NCBI GenBank assembly: GCA_028534125.1
Contig: CM052816.1
Span: forward strand, 20,646,001 to 20,710,000
Direction of reading: 5' to 3'
DNA length: 64,000 nucleotides
DNA from: Lama glama
Taxonomy: Eukaryota
Shown: positions 61,601 to 64,000 of the stretch, piece by piece
Layout: the number at the start of each line of letters is the position of its first letter
Position numbering within the stretch: position 1 is the first letter of the stretch
Made by a program: the position numbers and the translations under genes
The notes under the pieces: generated by a model
What the model was told of the DNA's origin: nothing
Database searches by the model: none
The model's input: the letters and a program-made list of their open reading frames with translations, nothing else

Positions 61601-64000
61601 CCAAGGGGCTCCTTAGATGCCAGGGCTACCTCCCAGGCTCCAGGCAGGAGCCCGGAAAGTGAGGTGAAGGCCAGGCAGGGGACCCCCGAGCCCTCTGTGT
61701 TCTCACCCTAGCAGCAGCACCTGAGTTTCAGTGTGGGTAGAGCCGGGGGTTGGTGTGGGCCCTGCAGCACCAGGAGACCCCCCCCCACAGTGCTCTAAGG
61801 TGTAGAGAAGGCCTATTGGATGTGTGTCTGAGAGGTACGCCCTCCCAAGCCTTTCCACGCCCAGGAAACAGTGCTTGGAGCATATATCACTGTCCTCTGC
61901 CTTGTGGTCTTTCCTTCCTCTCCAGCCACTTTTATTCAGGCTCCGTGACAGTGCCCCCATGAGACCCCCCTCCACCTCTCTGTAGGCCCAGCTTGTGGGC
62001 TGGGCAGGAACAAGCAGAGGAGCAAGGGCTCTGCTCACACGGGCACCAGCAACCACCTGGGTGGATAGCGTGGGGCCACTCTCAGGGCCAGGGGCATACA
62101 CAGCCCAGCACCAGGGTGGCCCCTGGCAGGAGCAGCTGGAGAGCCAGGCCCTGGGCACAGAGGGGGCCTGGATGGACAGAGGTAGGCGAGAAGGGAAGGG
62201 CAGGGGATGCCCCAAAGTAGGCAGTCGGTGACACGTGAGGGGCCTGCTGGAGACCCCAGACCACAGGCCAGTGACCCATCGTAGGTTCCTTTGCATCTGC
62301 CACACCCGCTGGCTCTCCAGTCCTCCCCTTCTGTGACTGTTACTCAGCAACTCTCCAGCCCCAAAGGCTGAGGGTGCCTCCCCTGGCCCAGGGCACAGCC
62401 CCTCTGGACAGAGGACCGAGGGCAGGGAAGATGGCAGGCGGTTGACGTAGGAGCAGAGGCCAGACGGTAGCAGAAGGGACGAGGCAGTAGCAAATCGAGG
62501 AGGCAAAAAGGGCAAAGGAAGGTTGGGGCTGCCTCTGATGGCAGGCGAGTTTGTTATTGCCAAAGGCATTTTGTTCTAACTGGAGAAAAAGGGAGCGGGA
62601 GAGAGAGAAGCCTAGAGCTTTCCATAAGGTGGATTTGCAGCCTGGTGTATGTCCTAGTGCTTGATAAACATTTGTTGAAAGGATTAAAGACCATGATAGA
62701 TTTTTTTTTTCAATTATAGTAAAGAGACCAGGTGTTGGGATAGTTGTAGCCGTTCCTAGAGAGGACGAAGAACAGAGGCGGGAGTTGGCTGGTGGCGGAG
62801 GCCCTCCTAGCACCCTCACGTGGCACTAGCCAGGGTGAGCGGCCCACCCTGGCTCCGCACGGGTGTCGGGTCAGCTGGCAGAGACATGGCCTCAGCCGAG
62901 GCAGCACCCACCCGTGCCCTGCTTCACTCACCGCTCAGCTGGTGGAACTTATTTTTCCCCAGAAGTTGGCATTCCACCCTTAGATCCCCTCATAGCTACA
63001 GCATCTGACAAGTCCTTTCCAGTGCTTCCCGGAGGCCCCAGGCCAAGGAGTGGACTGGGATGAAAATGCCCTTTGCAGTGAAATGGGTGTCCCCACTGAC
63101 AGAAACAGGTGTTCCAATTCTGGGCAGGCGGCAAGCCTCCTGACAGCCATGTACTCTGAGCCCCGAGTTCCTGTTTAGCTCGTACAGGGCTGAGCGGGCT
63201 CTTGAGCTCAGACCTTTGCCTCTGCTTCTGGAGGCCACTGTTGCTCTTGGACCCGTGGGATCCAGGCCGGTACTGGGACAAGCAACCTGTGTAACCAGCT
63301 TAGACCACAGACAGTCTCAGCAGAGGTCCAGGCAGGAAGCTAGTTTCGTTCTCCTCTGGGCAGACTTTCCAGTGAATCCTGAGGCTCCTCCTGCTGGTGG
63401 GCTGATGGAGAGAATGCGCTGAGGATCACTGACCCGTTGGGCCACCAGCACTAAGTGGCTTTCTGTGGCTTTTTAAACATGGAGCTCCTTGGCAGTGGTT
63501 TTCTGTTTCAGGCTTCAGCCAGAATTCCAAGTCCCCAGGCGCAACGTGGTTCCTCACTCCTCCACGGTGCGGTCTGCCCAGGGGAGGTGGGAGGGAGGCT
63601 GGTGTGCGGGCTGTCTGTGAGCTGAGCCTTTGGAGAGCCACTCCTCCCCAGATGGCATGGGCATCTGTCTTCAGACAGGTGCTTCAGGCACAACAACTGT
63701 TTGTACACTTGTCAGGATTGCGAATAATTGAATGCAGGTGAGAGTGGAAACAGGGCCCAGAGGACTCTGCCCCTCTGCAGGTGGCAGGCGGGCGGACCCC
63801 CTGAGTCCCTTCTCTGGTTCACTTGTCTTCGAGAAGCTCTCCAGCCTCTCCAGGTAGAGCCCCGCTGGCCAGGCGCTGACGGCTCTCTGGAGCGCGTGCT
63901 GCGTACCTAACGCCATGCCCACACCTGGTAGGGCCTCTCTCCCAACCCCAAATTCTGAAGATAAAAAAACTGAAGCCCGGGAGGCTGGGGGCCTGCTAGG

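Noticed and set aside
61703-62569. Longest ORF in the track (288 aa, minus strand)
   Set aside because: Low-complexity Pro/Ser/Leu/Gly composition, no recognisable domain, non-ATG start; expected by chance in GC-rich intron.

Overview
Mammalian genomic DNA, almost entirely intronic, from inside FSTL4 (follistatin-like 4 / SPIG1) on the + strand. Only two coding exons are present: 50397-50590 (194 nt) and 53180-53303 (124 nt). They splice AG/GT in frame and encode the paired EF-hand region ([19 protein letters not shown]...[15 protein letters not shown] | [41 protein letters not shown]). From recall these match human exons 5 and 6. The rest is >50 kb of upstream intron, a 2.6 kb short intron and >10 kb of downstream intron. 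These carry old eutherian repeats (MIR, L2, L1M/HAL1, MLT1, MER21, LTR16, MER20B, MER63) and two younger 5'-truncated L1 insertions with visible target-site duplications. The L1 3' ends resemble camelid L1, and no Alu/B1/Bov-tA/PRE1/SINEC was seen, so a camelid source is likely (inference). Nearly all ORFs in the supplied track are chance ORFs in GC-rich intron. I found no convincing new gene system. The best leads are: (i) the two exons form a 318-nt phase 1-1 cassette whose back-spliced circle would be a stop-free ORF with a strong Kozak ATG, flanked by inverted MIRs; (ii) a 190-bp, 94%-identical direct repeat with a 1204-bp period; (iii) a compact template-switch scar (direct plus inverted repeat) at 56621-56680; (iv) several AT-rich, homeodomain-motif-dense candidate enhancers. 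Repeat family names come from recalled consensus sequences, and their boundaries are approximate unless TSDs/TIRs are given.
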